Positions 1-8,943 of a DNA stretch of 41,657 nt are shown one piece after another. The stretch lies in the NCBI GenBank assembly GCA_020350085.1, contig CP070706.1, positions 3,542,780 through 3,584,436 of the forward strand. The letters are read 5' to 3'. A program made the translations under genes and the position numbers. The notes below the pieces were generated by a model, which worked only from the letters and a program-made list of their open reading frames with translations, was not told the origin of the DNA and searched no databases. The DNA comes from Acidobacteriota bacterium. GTDB taxonomy: Bacteria; Acidobacteriota; Polarisedimenticolia; J045. How positions within the stretch are numbered: position 1 is the first letter of the stretch; every line of letters begins with the position of its first letter.

Positions 1-1320
1 GTTCTTGCCGCTGACGACGATCAGATCCTTGATCCGCCCCGTGATGTAGACGCGTCCTTTCTCGTCGATCTGGCCGAGATCTCCGCTTCGAAGCCAGCCT
101 TCGCTGAACAGCTCGCCATTGGCGTATTCGTCGAGATAGCCTTCGGTGACGGAGCTGCCCTTGATCCACAGCTCTCCGATCTCTCCGCGAGCGGCCTCCG
201 CGCCGTCCTCCCGTGAGATGCGCAGCTGGAAATCGCCGAGCGGGCGGCCAACCGAAGGGATCTCTTGACCTTGGATCATCTTCACCGGCACCTCCTCGCG
301 GAACTCGGGGCCGGTGATGATCAGCGACGCTTCGGCCATGCCGTAGACCGGAGCTAGCACGTTCTTGCGGAACCCCCATTCTCCGAAGCGGTCTTCGAAT
401 CTTTGAAGAGAGCTCGGACGCACCGGCTCGGCACCGACGAACACCTGCTCGAGAGCCGAGAGATCGATCTGGTAGTCGACGAGCTGCTCGTGAGGAATGC
501 GGTCGGTACAAAGATCGAGCGCAAAGTTGGGGCAGACCGAGACACGAGCCCTGTACTTGCTCAAGTTGGCGAGCCACGTCACCGGCTTCATCAGAAAGCT
601 GACCGGATGCATCAGGACCTGGAGCCTCGCCGGGTACCAGAAGCTGGCCAGTGTCACACCGAGAAGCCCCATGTCGTGATATAGGGGAAGCCAGCTCACG
701 CACACTTCATCGGGCCGCCGGGTGTAGTCGGCGAGGATCTGAAGATTACTGATCAGGTTGCGATGCGTGAGGCGGACCCCTTTGGGACGCGACGTGCTTC
801 CGGACGAGAACTGCACCAACGCCAGGTCGTCTTCTGAAACGCGGGCCGGCTCGACACTGTGCGGCTCCTCGTCTAGCTCCACGCTCGAAGGAACGTAATC
901 GATCAGCATCTCGGGCGGTATGCTGGCGGACTGCTCGTTGCCGGCGATCAGTGCGGTCTGAGCGAACACTCCGCCTGTGCCCGACATCTCGATCAGGCTC
1001 TTGATGAACGGAAGCTGCGTGCCGGCTTCTTGGCCGAGCTGGATGCCACTCACCGAAAGCGGAACGGCGCCCAGGTAAAACAGCGCGAGAAAGCTCGCCA
1101 GCACCTCCGGCTCATTCGTGGGCGAGACGATCACCCGGTCACCGCGGCCGATCCCCTCCGCCTTCAGCCGTGCGGCGTGCTGGCGCACCTTTCGGTGCAG
1201 GGCCGGCCACGAGTAGAAGATCTCGCGTCCTCGCGAGTCGATCAGCAGCAGGCCGTGTTCAGGATTCGCGTTCCGCAGCGAGTCGATCAAGTCCACTAAC
1301 GTTCGATATGGACTGGACAC
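1..1320 (-). CDS. fatty acyl-AMP ligase (FAAL)-type adenylating enzyme; C-terminal end cut by the window edge
   Basis: Absent from the ORF track because it runs off the left edge. My reverse-strand translation gives LVQFSSGSTSRPKGV, WLPLYHDMGLLG, CPNFALDLC, PVYGMAEASL and GDLGQIDEKGRVYITGRIKDLIVVSGKN, which are AMP-binding core motifs of the FadD32/FAAL flavour. GGAGGG lies just upstream of tandem GTG codons at 1318-1323. Confidence 0.85.
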   Translation of the reverse strand, partial: MSSPYRTLVDLIDSLRNANPEHGLLLIDSRGREIFYSWPALHRKVRQHAARLKAEGIGRGDRVIVSPTNEPEVLASFLALFYLGAVPLSVSGIQLGQEAGTQLPFIKSLIEMSGTGGVFAQTALIAGNEQSASIPPEMLIDYVPSSVELDEEPHSVEPARVSEDDLALVQFSSGSTSRPKGVRLTHRNLISNLQILADYTRRPDEVCVSWLPLYHDMGLLGVTLASFWYPARLQVLMHPVSFLMKPVTWLANLSKYRARVSVCPNFALDLCTDRIPHEQLVDYQIDLSALEQVFVGAEPVRPSSLQRFEDRFGEWGFRKNVLAPVYGMAEASLIITGPEFREEVPVKMIQGQEIPSVGRPLGDFQLRISREDGAEAARGEIGELWIKGSSVTEGYLDEYANGELFSEGWLRSGDLGQIDEKGRVYITGRIKDLIVVSGKN

Positions 1321-1415
1321 CACACCCTCCTCCCTCAAACGGGACAAAGATCTCAGGCCGGCCTCATCCGGGGCCGCAGCGCGAGACGAGCCCTACCTCG
1401 GTGCCCACCGGGACT

Positions 1416-1444
1416 TGAATACGGTCACCCGTTACCCCTGTCAA
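1416..1444 (-). promoter_or_regulatory. candidate sigma70-type promoter for the FAAL gene
   Basis: Minus strand reads TTGACA (1439-1444), a 17 nt spacer, then TATTCA (1416-1421). It lies in the 209 bp gap between the aldolase-like stop and the FAAL start. Confidence 0.3.
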
Positions 1445-1529
1445 CCTGATGTCGGGCTTCATGGAGAAGCGGGTCGCCCGGCGCCCGGCGCCCGCCGCCG
1501 TCCCCGGAAGCCCCGAAATCCGGGCCCCG

Positions 1530-2630
1530 TCAGTCCAGAGCCGGCACCGCCTGGACCAGCTTCCCTTCGATGCGCTCGAAGATCTCGCCCAAGGAATGGC
1601 CCGTGATCGTCAGGCCGTGGTTTTTCAGCCCCACGACCGCGCGCGCAGGATCCGGCGCTCGGAGAACCAGCTCCAGCACTTCGTCCGCGAGCTGCTCCGT
1701 GCCGCACGGCCAGCTCTGTTGCGTGGCCTCGATTCCGTCCATCCAGGCGTGCACATGGACGATCGCGCCGACTTCGGGAAGTGCTCCGTAGATCTTGAAG
1801 TGCTCGATCGCGTCGACGGAGACCCTCGACGTGGCATCGACACCCTCGGGAACGGACAACAGAATCGTGTGTGTCGCCGCGTCGTATCCCTTGACGAGCA
1901 GGATGTCGCGGCCGATGACCCGCAGATCCGCTTTCTGCACCCCGCGGCCGGTCATCCAGAAGCTGTGTGCATCGCAGCGGGCCGATAGGTTGCCGTAGGA
2001 GAGCTGTTTGATGCCGAACACCTTCATCATCATCCGAAGGTCTCGTTGATCGAGTATCTCGGTGATGTCGAACACGTTCGGCAGGAGCTTCATCTCCGCG
2101 AGCTTGCGGCCGAACGCTGCCAGCTCGCGAGACCTTTCGTCGCCGTCCCACAGTGCGCGCGGCAGGTCCTCGTCGAGCCGGTTGTTGATCACCATGTGCG
2201 CTCCGGCCAGCGGTGTCACGTAGTCCGCGATCGCTCGTGAGAGTGTCTCGTCGGCCGGCACGGCGCGGAAGCCGAGCTCGGGGGTCACGAAATACGCTCT
2301 CTGACCGTGACGGCCCCCGTGGACGAGATGGACGACGACGTTCGACATCGTCTTGACCAGGACGCGGTAGATCGCCTTTTGCAGCTCAGAGCTGTCGGAC
2401 CACGCGTCTCCGGTCTCGGTGCGCACGATCGTGGCGACGAACACCGAAGCGTGCGGCCGCATGTAGTTGGCGCGAGGCTCGTCGAAGCCGGTCAGGTTGA
2501 GGACGAGATCGACCTGCTCATCGGGCTGATCGAGGATCTCGTGCTGGTCGCGCGCGAAGATGGCCGTCAGCTCGCTTCTGAGCGACTCGAGAGCCACGGC
2601 ACCCCGATCCGTGACGAAGGCAAGTTTCAT
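1530..2630 (-). CDS. class II aldolase/adducin-domain protein with an unassigned ~190 aa N-terminal domain
   Basis: 366 aa ORF. The C-terminal half reads SYGNLSAR...FWMTGRGV...VDAIEHFKIYGALPEVGAIVHVHAW...VVGLKNHGLTITGHSLGEIFERIE, the pattern of class II aldolase/adducin N-terminal domains. Its ATG overlaps the ACP stop (ATGA). Confidence 0.75.
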   Translation of the reverse strand: MKLAFVTDRGAVALESLRSELTAIFARDQHEILDQPDEQVDLVLNLTGFDEPRANYMRPHASVFVATIVRTETGDAWSDSSELQKAIYRVLVKTMSNVVVHLVHGGRHGQRAYFVTPELGFRAVPADETLSRAIADYVTPLAGAHMVINNRLDEDLPRALWDGDERSRELAAFGRKLAEMKLLPNVFDITEILDQRDLRMMMKVFGIKQLSYGNLSARCDAHSFWMTGRGVQKADLRVIGRDILLVKGYDAATHTILLSVPEGVDATSRVSVDAIEHFKIYGALPEVGAIVHVHAWMDGIEATQQSWPCGTEQLADEVLELVLRAPDPARAVVGLKNHGLTITGHSLGEIFERIEGKLVQAVPALD

Positions 2631-2893
2631 GACGAACCCTCTCGAACCGATGGCCTCTCCGATTCGATCATGGCCACGAGATCGGCGACGGCGACGCCGA
2701 CGAGCTTCGGCACGCGCTCCGGTGGGACCTCGATGCCGAACTCGTCCTCGATGTCGAGAAGCAGGCTGAGCAGCGCGTGAGAGTCGTACCCGAGCTCGAA
2801 GTTGAGCCGCTCGTCGCCTCGCAGCTCGCTCAAGTTCAGGCGCGAGTTCTTGATCACGAGTCGCGCGACGAGGTCTCGGACGTTTCCGTTGAT
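2627..2893 (-). CDS. acyl carrier protein (phosphopantetheine attachment site GYDSH)
   Basis: The track ORF 2627..2857 starts at GTG and leaves only 25 residues before the DS(H/L) serine. In-frame upstream sequence (INGNVRDLVARL) looks like ACP helix I. GGGGAGGG (2901-2908) sits 7 nt before an ATC codon (2891-2893). There is no ATG/GTG/TTG between the upstream TAG and 2857. The 5' end is therefore uncertain, either 2857 or 2893. Confidence 0.7.
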   Translation of the reverse strand: MNGNVRDLVARLVIKNSRLNLSELRGDERLNFELGYDSHALLSLLLDIEDEFGIEVPPERVPKLVGVAVADLVAMIESERPSVREGSS

Positions 2894-2954
2894 GGCCCTG
2901 CCCTCCCCGGTGGCTGGTCTTGCTCGCTACTCTGCGTTGACACCTACGCCGCTC

Positions 2955-2986
2955 ATTAGATACGGCGAGTGGCCGAGGGATGTCAA
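2955..2986 (-). promoter_or_regulatory. candidate sigma70-type promoter for the ACP/aldolase-like operon
   Basis: An AT-rich island in otherwise GC-rich DNA. Minus strand reads TTGACA (2981-2986), an 18 nt spacer, then TATCTA (2957-2962), overlapping TCTAAT (2955-2960). Confidence 0.35.
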
Positions 2987-3053
2987 TTCTCGACCTGTTT
3001 TCCCTTTACTTTCGACTTGCGCCGCGCCCCGCCGCCGTCTCCGACGCACCGAC

Positions 3054-4001
3054 CTACGGCGGCTTCACTCGGCGAAACGGAACGGGACGCAGGACATGGA
3101 TCGCCCCGCCGTCCAGCTCGAGCTTGATCCGGGTGGCCGCCTCGGCCACCAACTCGCCGTCGGCGTGGATCGGTGCCGGCGGCACGATCTCCATCTCGAG
3201 GCGCTCGCAGCGGCGGGACTGCACACGGGGATCCTCCTCGTGGCGCCCGCGAACGAGCCGGCCGAGAAGCCGCAGCGCGCCGAGACGCCCCATCGCCTCG
3301 GCCCAGCATACGTCCCATCGGGCATCGGACGGGTCGGCCCGGGGGGTCAAGCGAAAGCCACCCCCCGTCGTGGGACCGTTGCCCACGGTCAGCAGCGTCA
3401 CTGCCAGGTCGAACGGCTCGCGGTCGAGTCTCCCGCGCAGGCGCCACGGCCCGTCGCCCGCGATGAGCGTGCCGAGAATCCCGACGACGTAGGCGCCAGC
3501 CCCGGGCAGCGCCCACGCCCGGGCGCGTCTCGCGACCGCCGCGTCGAAGCCGATGCCGAGCGCGTTGGTGAACAGTAGCGAGCGTCCGTCCACGTCGCCG
3601 CGACCGACGTCGAGCGGGCGCGTCTCGGATCCCGACAGGCCATCGCGGAGCTCGCCGGGCCGGCCGGTGAAGCCCAGCGCGCTGGCGAGATCGTTGCCGC
3701 GCCCGATCGGTGCGATGGCGAGCGAGGGCCGATCGTCGGCGCAGCTTCCGACGTCGAGCAACCCAGCCGTCACGGTCTGGATCGTGCCGTCACCGCCCGC
3801 AGCGATGACGACCTTGGCGCCGCCCTCGGCCGCCTCGCGGGCCGCTGCCCTGCCCTCGCTCGCGGAGTGCGTCTCCAGGACCGTGACACCCGGTACGTCC
3901 GCACTAAGCAGCCGCAGCTCCTCTCGCAGGCGGCGCCGCGTCCGGCCGACACCCGCCGCCGGGTTGACGATGGCGACGATCCGCGGCGTTGTGGAACACA
4001 T
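3054..4001 (-). CDS. diacylglycerol/lipid kinase family protein (YegS/BmrU-like)
   Basis: 315 aa. Motifs IVAIVNPAAG, VVIAAGGDGTIQTV and APIGRGNDLA match the DAGK catalytic domain. Confidence 0.85.
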   Translation of the reverse strand: MCSTTPRIVAIVNPAAGVGRTRRRLREELRLLSADVPGVTVLETHSASEGRAAAREAAEGGAKVVIAAGGDGTIQTVTAGLLDVGSCADDRPSLAIAPIGRGNDLASALGFTGRPGELRDGLSGSETRPLDVGRGDVDGRSLLFTNALGIGFDAAVARRARAWALPGAGAYVVGILGTLIAGDGPWRLRGRLDREPFDLAVTLLTVGNGPTTGGGFRLTPRADPSDARWDVCWAEAMGRLGALRLLGRLVRGRHEEDPRVQSRRCERLEMEIVPPAPIHADGELVAEAATRIKLELDGGAIHVLRPVPFRRVKPP

Positions 4002-4043
4002 GCCCGACAGGCCGCTCGCGAGGTCTCGGTCCCGATAACCGGC

Positions 4044-5246
4044 TCAGCGCCGGTTCTTGCGCATGAAGTCCGCGATGCGCTCCACGCCGCGCTCGATCTC
4101 CTCGTCGGACGCCGCGTAGCTGAAGCGGATGTGCTGGCCTTCGCCGGGGACGCGCTGGCCGAAGTGAATGTCCGCCAGCACGGCGACGCCGGCATCGTAG
4201 AGCAGCCGCTTTCGAAGTTCCTCGGAGTTCTCGATGCCCGTCATCTGGCAGGCTTCGGTCACGTTCGGCCAGACGTAGAACGCGCCGCCGGGCATCAAGC
4301 AATGGAACCCCGGCACGTCGTTGAGCAGCGCCACGATCTTCTGTCGGCGCCGGGCGAACACGTGCCGCATCTTCTCGGCATCGACCTGTGGACCTGAGAC
4401 CGCCTCGAGCGCAGCGTACTGGTTGATGTGCCCGGCACACGATTCGGTGTTCGTGACCCACTTCGTGAAGTACGGTGCCAGCGCGCGGTTCGCGGCATAG
4501 CCGATGCGCCAGCCCGTCATCGCCCACGTCTTCGACACGCCGTCGGCGATGACCGTCCGCTCACGCATGTCGGGGATGGCCGTGATCGTCGCGAAAGCGC
4601 CGTCGTAGACGAGACGCGAATAGATTTCGTCCGCGTAGACCCAGACTTGATCGTGCGCGCGCACGATCTCGGCGATGGCCGCCAGATCGTCGGCGGTCAG
4701 GATGCCGCCGGTCGGGTTGTGCGGGGTGTTGAGAATCAGCAGTCGCGTGTTGTCGCTGATCTTGTCCGCGAGCTCTTGTGGGTCGAAGGCGAACTTGCGG
4801 TCCTCTCTCAGGTGTAACGGCACGGGGACGGCGCCCATCGCGGCGATCTGCGACTCGTAGATCGGAAAACCCGGGTTGGGGTAGATCACTTCATGGCCCG
4901 CCCCGTAGTCGGTCACGCAAAGGATCGTGTAGCCGATGAACGGTTTGGCGCCCGCGCCGATGACGACCTCGTCGGGGCTGATCTCGAGCCGGCGAACGCG
5001 CCCCAGCTCGCGCGCGACGGCCTCCCGCAGCTCGGGGATCCCGGCCGAGCCGGTGTAGCCAGTCTTGCCGTTCTTTATCGCGCGAATGCCCGCCTCACGA
5101 ATGTTGTCGGGCGTGACGAAGTCTGGCTGGCCGATACAAAACGAGATCACGTTCTCGCCTTTGGCGACGAGCGCGTTGACTTCTGCCAGCACGACGAACG
5201 CGTTCTCTGTGCCGAGCGACGACGTGCGGCGACTGATCTCAGGCAT
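4044..5246 (-). CDS. pyridoxal-phosphate-dependent aminotransferase, class I/II (aspartate aminotransferase-like)
   Basis: NPHNPTGG and SKTWAMTGWRIGY (PLP-lysine motif). Start chosen at the ATG at 5244-5246, preceded by GGGGAGG. The track ORF extends to 5288 without an SD. Confidence 0.9.
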   Translation of the reverse strand: MPEISRRTSSLGTENAFVVLAEVNALVAKGENVISFCIGQPDFVTPDNIREAGIRAIKNGKTGYTGSAGIPELREAVARELGRVRRLEISPDEVVIGAGAKPFIGYTILCVTDYGAGHEVIYPNPGFPIYESQIAAMGAVPVPLHLREDRKFAFDPQELADKISDNTRLLILNTPHNPTGGILTADDLAAIAEIVRAHDQVWVYADEIYSRLVYDGAFATITAIPDMRERTVIADGVSKTWAMTGWRIGYAANRALAPYFTKWVTNTESCAGHINQYAALEAVSGPQVDAEKMRHVFARRRQKIVALLNDVPGFHCLMPGGAFYVWPNVTEACQMTGIENSEELRKRLLYDAGVAVLADIHFGQRVPGEGQHIRFSYAASDEEIERGVERIADFMRKNRR

Positions 5247-5412
5247 GAGTCCTCCCCAATGTCCCGGCTCTCTCGTCGTGACTGTCATGGGTCAGAAGAC
5301 GGTTGTTCAGCTTCTCACAATCGGCGCCAACCGGGCAAGTTGACCCCACGGATAAGACCGGCGCGGGTGACATCAGCGATCAGCCGCTCGCATCCCCGCG
5401 TGAGTTGCGAGG

Positions 5413-6819
5413 CTAAGGCGTCGTCGCGTCCAGTCTCTCGCCGGCCAGCACCGCGGGGCTTCGATCCATCGCCCGCAGCGCGCTGAGCAGCCAAGCCACG
5501 AAGAGTCCTGAGGCGATCGAGCTGCCGACGAGCATGCCGATCAAAAGTCCGTAAAAGCCCGGGTGTCCGAGGGCGCGGCCCGCCAGCATGCCGAGCCAAG
5601 CGAGCGGCAGAGACAGCACGCCGTAGCGAATGACGGCCATGATCAGACCGGGACGCCCGCGCTGCATCCCTTCGAAGACCGGCCGGCACAGCAGGAAGGG
5701 CGTGCTGGCCAGGCAGACGAGCGGGACCAGCTTGAGCGCGAACGCGGCGTAGCGGGCCGTCGTCGGCGATTCGGCCAGCCAGCCGGCGATCGTCGGCCCG
5801 AACAGCACCATCGTCGGCGCGACGAGCAGTACCGCGTAGCCGATGGCGGCCAGGGCGAGCTCGTTCAGCCCGCGTCTCACGCCGGCAAGATCGCGGTTTC
5901 CGAATCGTCGGGCGGCGTAGGGCAACAGTGCGACGGCGGCAGCGATCATCGGATTGAGCGCGAACAGCATTACGCGGTAGTAGATCGAGTAGGCAGCGAT
6001 GGCGGCCGTCGAATCGGGAGGCTTCGCCAACAGCCAGTTGACGATCGCCGTCTCTAACGACATCAGCACGAAGCTGAGCGCCGCCGGCACGGCCAGAGCG
6101 AGAATCGCCCGATAGGGTCTTGTGTCGAGCTGCTCGTTGACTTCGCTCCAAGCTTCGCGCCGGCGCCGTTCGTGTTGGTGAGCCCGCACCACGGCGTACG
6201 CCAGTCCACCGAATCGGCCGATCACCGTCGACAGCGCGATGCCGAACACTCCCCAGTGAAAGACGAACACGAAGACCGTATTCAGCGTGACGTTCAGCAC
6301 ATTGGACCAGATCCCTGCCCACATCGTCGAGCGCGTGTCCTGATGCGCCTTGACGATCGAATCGGGAATGACCGACCAGAACGCAGAGATCGCCGAGCCC
6401 GTGATCAGCACGGTGCCGTAGATCTGGAACGCTCGCTGGACGCCTGCCGAAAGACCCATGTGCGGCGCCCAGAACCAGATTCCGACGCCGACGCCGAGGA
6501 AAAGAGGCACGATCCCGTAGACGAAACGCCAGGACGAAGCGATGTACTGCTCGATCTGGCGCGGCTGACACGCCCCCATCGCTCGTGAGAGACAAGATGT
6601 CAGCCCGGTCGAAAGCCCGACCCACAAGGCGATCATCAAAAACTCGAACGGGACGGCGAGCCCGATCGCTGCCACCGCCTCGTCGCCGATCGTCGCCGCA
6701 TACGCCGTGTCGACCAGCGAGAAGGCCGCCCGCATCCAGAACGAGATCACGAGCGGCGCGGCCATCCGCAGAACGGAGGGGCCGTCGCTCGGAGAGCGGG
6801 TGCGCGGGGAGGCGGTCAT
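5413..6819 (-). CDS. MATE family efflux transporter
   Basis: About 12 hydrophobic segments. The N-terminus LRMAAPLVISFWMRAAFSLVDTAYAATIGDEAVAAIG is typical of MATE/NorM proteins. ATG at 6817-6819; the track starts at TTG 6825. Confidence 0.85.
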   Translation of the reverse strand: MTASPRTRSPSDGPSVLRMAAPLVISFWMRAAFSLVDTAYAATIGDEAVAAIGLAVPFEFLMIALWVGLSTGLTSCLSRAMGACQPRQIEQYIASSWRFVYGIVPLFLGVGVGIWFWAPHMGLSAGVQRAFQIYGTVLITGSAISAFWSVIPDSIVKAHQDTRSTMWAGIWSNVLNVTLNTVFVFVFHWGVFGIALSTVIGRFGGLAYAVVRAHQHERRRREAWSEVNEQLDTRPYRAILALAVPAALSFVLMSLETAIVNWLLAKPPDSTAAIAAYSIYYRVMLFALNPMIAAAVALLPYAARRFGNRDLAGVRRGLNELALAAIGYAVLLVAPTMVLFGPTIAGWLAESPTTARYAAFALKLVPLVCLASTPFLLCRPVFEGMQRGRPGLIMAVIRYGVLSLPLAWLGMLAGRALGHPGFYGLLIGMLVGSSIASGLFVAWLLSALRAMDRSPAVLAGERLDATTP

Positions 6820-6962
6820 CGGCAAGCGGGCTGGACGCTACGGGCGCAGCCGATCCGCCGCGACCAGGTGGGGGGATTTTAGCGAATCGAGATCATGGGC
6901 GCCGGTGGACGGCTCGGCAGCGACTCGCCGACCCTTCGCCAGAGCGTCCTCCCGAGAGCGTT

Positions 6963-7955
6963 CTACTCGTCCTGCAGAACCCCGTGCAGAGCCTGCACGA
7001 CGGCGGCCAAGCGCTGGTAGTCGAGAGTGTCCGGCGTGTCGGAGTTGCTGTGGTAGTGGGGCGTGCGCATCATCGCCGTGTCGGTGACCAGCACGCCCGG
7101 GAGGTCGAGCTCGCGAAACCAGAAGTGATCGGACCAGTCCACCCCCGGTATGGCACGTGGCGCGCGGAAAGAGAGCACGGGCAACGATCTCGCCGAGCGC
7201 ATGCCGCGCTTGACCTGTCGAATCCAGCGCCCGGCGCGGGTATCGCCGACGATGCCGATGAAATTGCCACGCGAGGGATAGTACAGGCCGAGTGGCCAGA
7301 ACAGTGTTCGCTGGCTGCCCGGCTCGTCGGAGAAGTACCCGATCAGATCGAGGGCGATCATCAGCTCGATGTCGGTCTGCTCCTCGGCGAGCTTTTTCGC
7401 GAGGTGATAGCTACCCATGTCGGGCGTGGTGAAGAAGGGTGGCTCCTCGTTGGCGAACGCGACGAAGAGCTGACCGCGACGAGGCTGTCGCTCCGGCAGC
7501 GTCCGAGCGAGCTCGATCAGAGCGGCCACGCCGCTGGCGTTGTCGTCCGCACCAGGCATGTCGGCAAAGGCGTCGTAGTGCGCTCCGATGATGATCAAGC
7601 CGCGTGCTGGATCGGACCCCTCGCGTCTGGCGAGGATGTTGCGGAAGCGGCCCTCTCGCGAGCTGAAGGGTTGCTCGCCGACCTTCAGGCCTGCGTCGGT
7701 GAACTGCTCGGCGATCCAGGTGGCGGCGCGCTCGAGATTGTCCGGCTTCAGGTACGAACGCGGAACGAACTCACCGCACAGCGTGCGCACGGTCTGCTCG
7801 AGCCGCTCGGCCGACACCGGGCGCGGATCGAAGCGCTGCGGCACGTTCCAGGTCGGGGGGCCTCGCAGCAGCGCCCCGAGGACGGCGAGCAGCGCCGCGA
7901 GCGAGACGAGCACGCCTGCGAATATGACGAGCAATCGCGGTCTTCCGCGGCTCAC
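6963..7955 (-). CDS. M28 family zinc peptidase with an N-terminal membrane anchor or signal
   Basis: LIIIGAHYDAFADMPGADDNASGVAALIELARTL and FANEEPPFF motifs. The GTG start overlaps the BON gene stop (GTGA). Confidence 0.85.
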   Translation of the reverse strand: MSRGRPRLLVIFAGVLVSLAALLAVLGALLRGPPTWNVPQRFDPRPVSAERLEQTVRTLCGEFVPRSYLKPDNLERAATWIAEQFTDAGLKVGEQPFSSREGRFRNILARREGSDPARGLIIIGAHYDAFADMPGADDNASGVAALIELARTLPERQPRRGQLFVAFANEEPPFFTTPDMGSYHLAKKLAEEQTDIELMIALDLIGYFSDEPGSQRTLFWPLGLYYPSRGNFIGIVGDTRAGRWIRQVKRGMRSARSLPVLSFRAPRAIPGVDWSDHFWFRELDLPGVLVTDTAMMRTPHYHSNSDTPDTLDYQRLAAVVQALHGVLQDE

Positions 7956-8710
7956 GGGTAGACGACGTCGACGCTCGGCGAGCGTCGCACGACGTCGATC
8001 GCATTGACGATCTCGCGCACGCCGTTGACACCGAGAGCGATGCGCTCGGCCCGCGAGCGGTCGAAAAGCCGGAGAGCCTCACCTAGTAGCGTCACGACAC
8101 CCTCTTGGACGGTGACATGAACGCTCGCGCGCAGCTGATGGTGCGATCGCGGGCCGAGCAACTTCTCGAGCGTCGCCTGAATCGTCTCGTCGTCGGCGGG
8201 TGGGGTCTCCAGCCCGTCGTCGACCTGCAACACGCCCGCCACGCCGGCGGCCGAATCCCGGGCAACGAGCCGGGTGCTCGCGTTCTTGACGCGTCCGCGC
8301 AGGGAAACGCGCCCCTGCTCGACGTCGAGCGTCAGCTCGTCTTCCGACAACCGCACGCTGCGACGAAACACCTCGCCGAGCTCTCTGCGAATGGCGCTGT
8401 CGGAACGGCCTCGACTGCTGACGACGAGCTGGTTCGTGACCTCGATCAGCCCGGCGACGCGTCCCGCGAGCTGCTCGGCTTCCCAAGCCACTAGCAGCGT
8501 CGGGACCGTGCCGGAAAGCACCGCCCGGGCCTCGGTGACGGTGACATCGATGTCGCGAGTCCCGAGAGATCGCGACACACGCAGACGATCTGCGATCTCG
8601 CGCTCGAGCACGTGGTCGCTGAGCTCGAATGCCGGTGCGGGCCAGATGGCGACAACGACGAGCAGCGCGCCGAAGATCGATCGATGCACGGACGAATCGC
8701 GAGCCAACAC
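7952..8710 (-). CDS. BON domain-containing protein (three BON repeats), secreted
   Basis: Three repeats of the type DIDVTVTEARAVLSGTVPTLLVAWEAEQLAGRVAGLIEVTNQL. A hydrophobic signal (IFGALLVVVAIWPAPA) follows GTG/TTG starts at 8689-8710. The 440 aa track ORF (to 9274) is an Arg-rich extension that overlaps the protease gene. Confidence 0.8.
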   Translation of the reverse strand: MLARDSSVHRSIFGALLVVVAIWPAPAFELSDHVLEREIADRLRVSRSLGTRDIDVTVTEARAVLSGTVPTLLVAWEAEQLAGRVAGLIEVTNQLVVSSRGRSDSAIRRELGEVFRRSVRLSEDELTLDVEQGRVSLRGRVKNASTRLVARDSAAGVAGVLQVDDGLETPPADDETIQATLEKLLGPRSHHQLRASVHVTVQEGVVTLLGEALRLFDRSRAERIALGVNGVREIVNAIDVVRRSPSVDVVYP

Positions 8711-8888
8711 GAGTGCAAACCTCGGAGAGGATACTAGCGCCTCACGCAACGTGAGGCGACAACGCTTGCGCCGCCTCGCGAACAATACCGCGGCGATGAC
8801 GCGGAGTTTGTCAGACTTGTGTAGCGACGAGGTTTGCCTTGTCAGCCCGGCGCGCAGCGCCGGATCGTGCTCGCGCTGCGCGCGAGTC

Positions 8889-8934
8889 CGACAGGGCAAA
8901 GCCCTGTCGCTACAGGGGAGCCGAGCTGGCTCGG
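8889..8934 (-). terminator. two stem-loops just downstream of the S8 protease stop (possible terminator, no U tract)
   Basis: CGACAGGGC-AAA-GCCCTGTCG is a perfect 9 bp stem (8889-8909). CCGAG-CTGG-CTCGG lies at 8921-8934. Both fall in the 233 bp gap before the BON gene. Confidence 0.35.
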
Positions 8935-8943
8935 GTGGACGGC

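Noticed and set aside
5315-7961. 436-aa (-) ORF at 5315..6625 and 458-aa (+) ORF at 6585..7961
   Set aside because: These are alternative-frame or antisense ORFs over the MATE transporter and M28 peptidase genes. The transporter and peptidase frames carry recognisable family motifs, and these ORFs do not.
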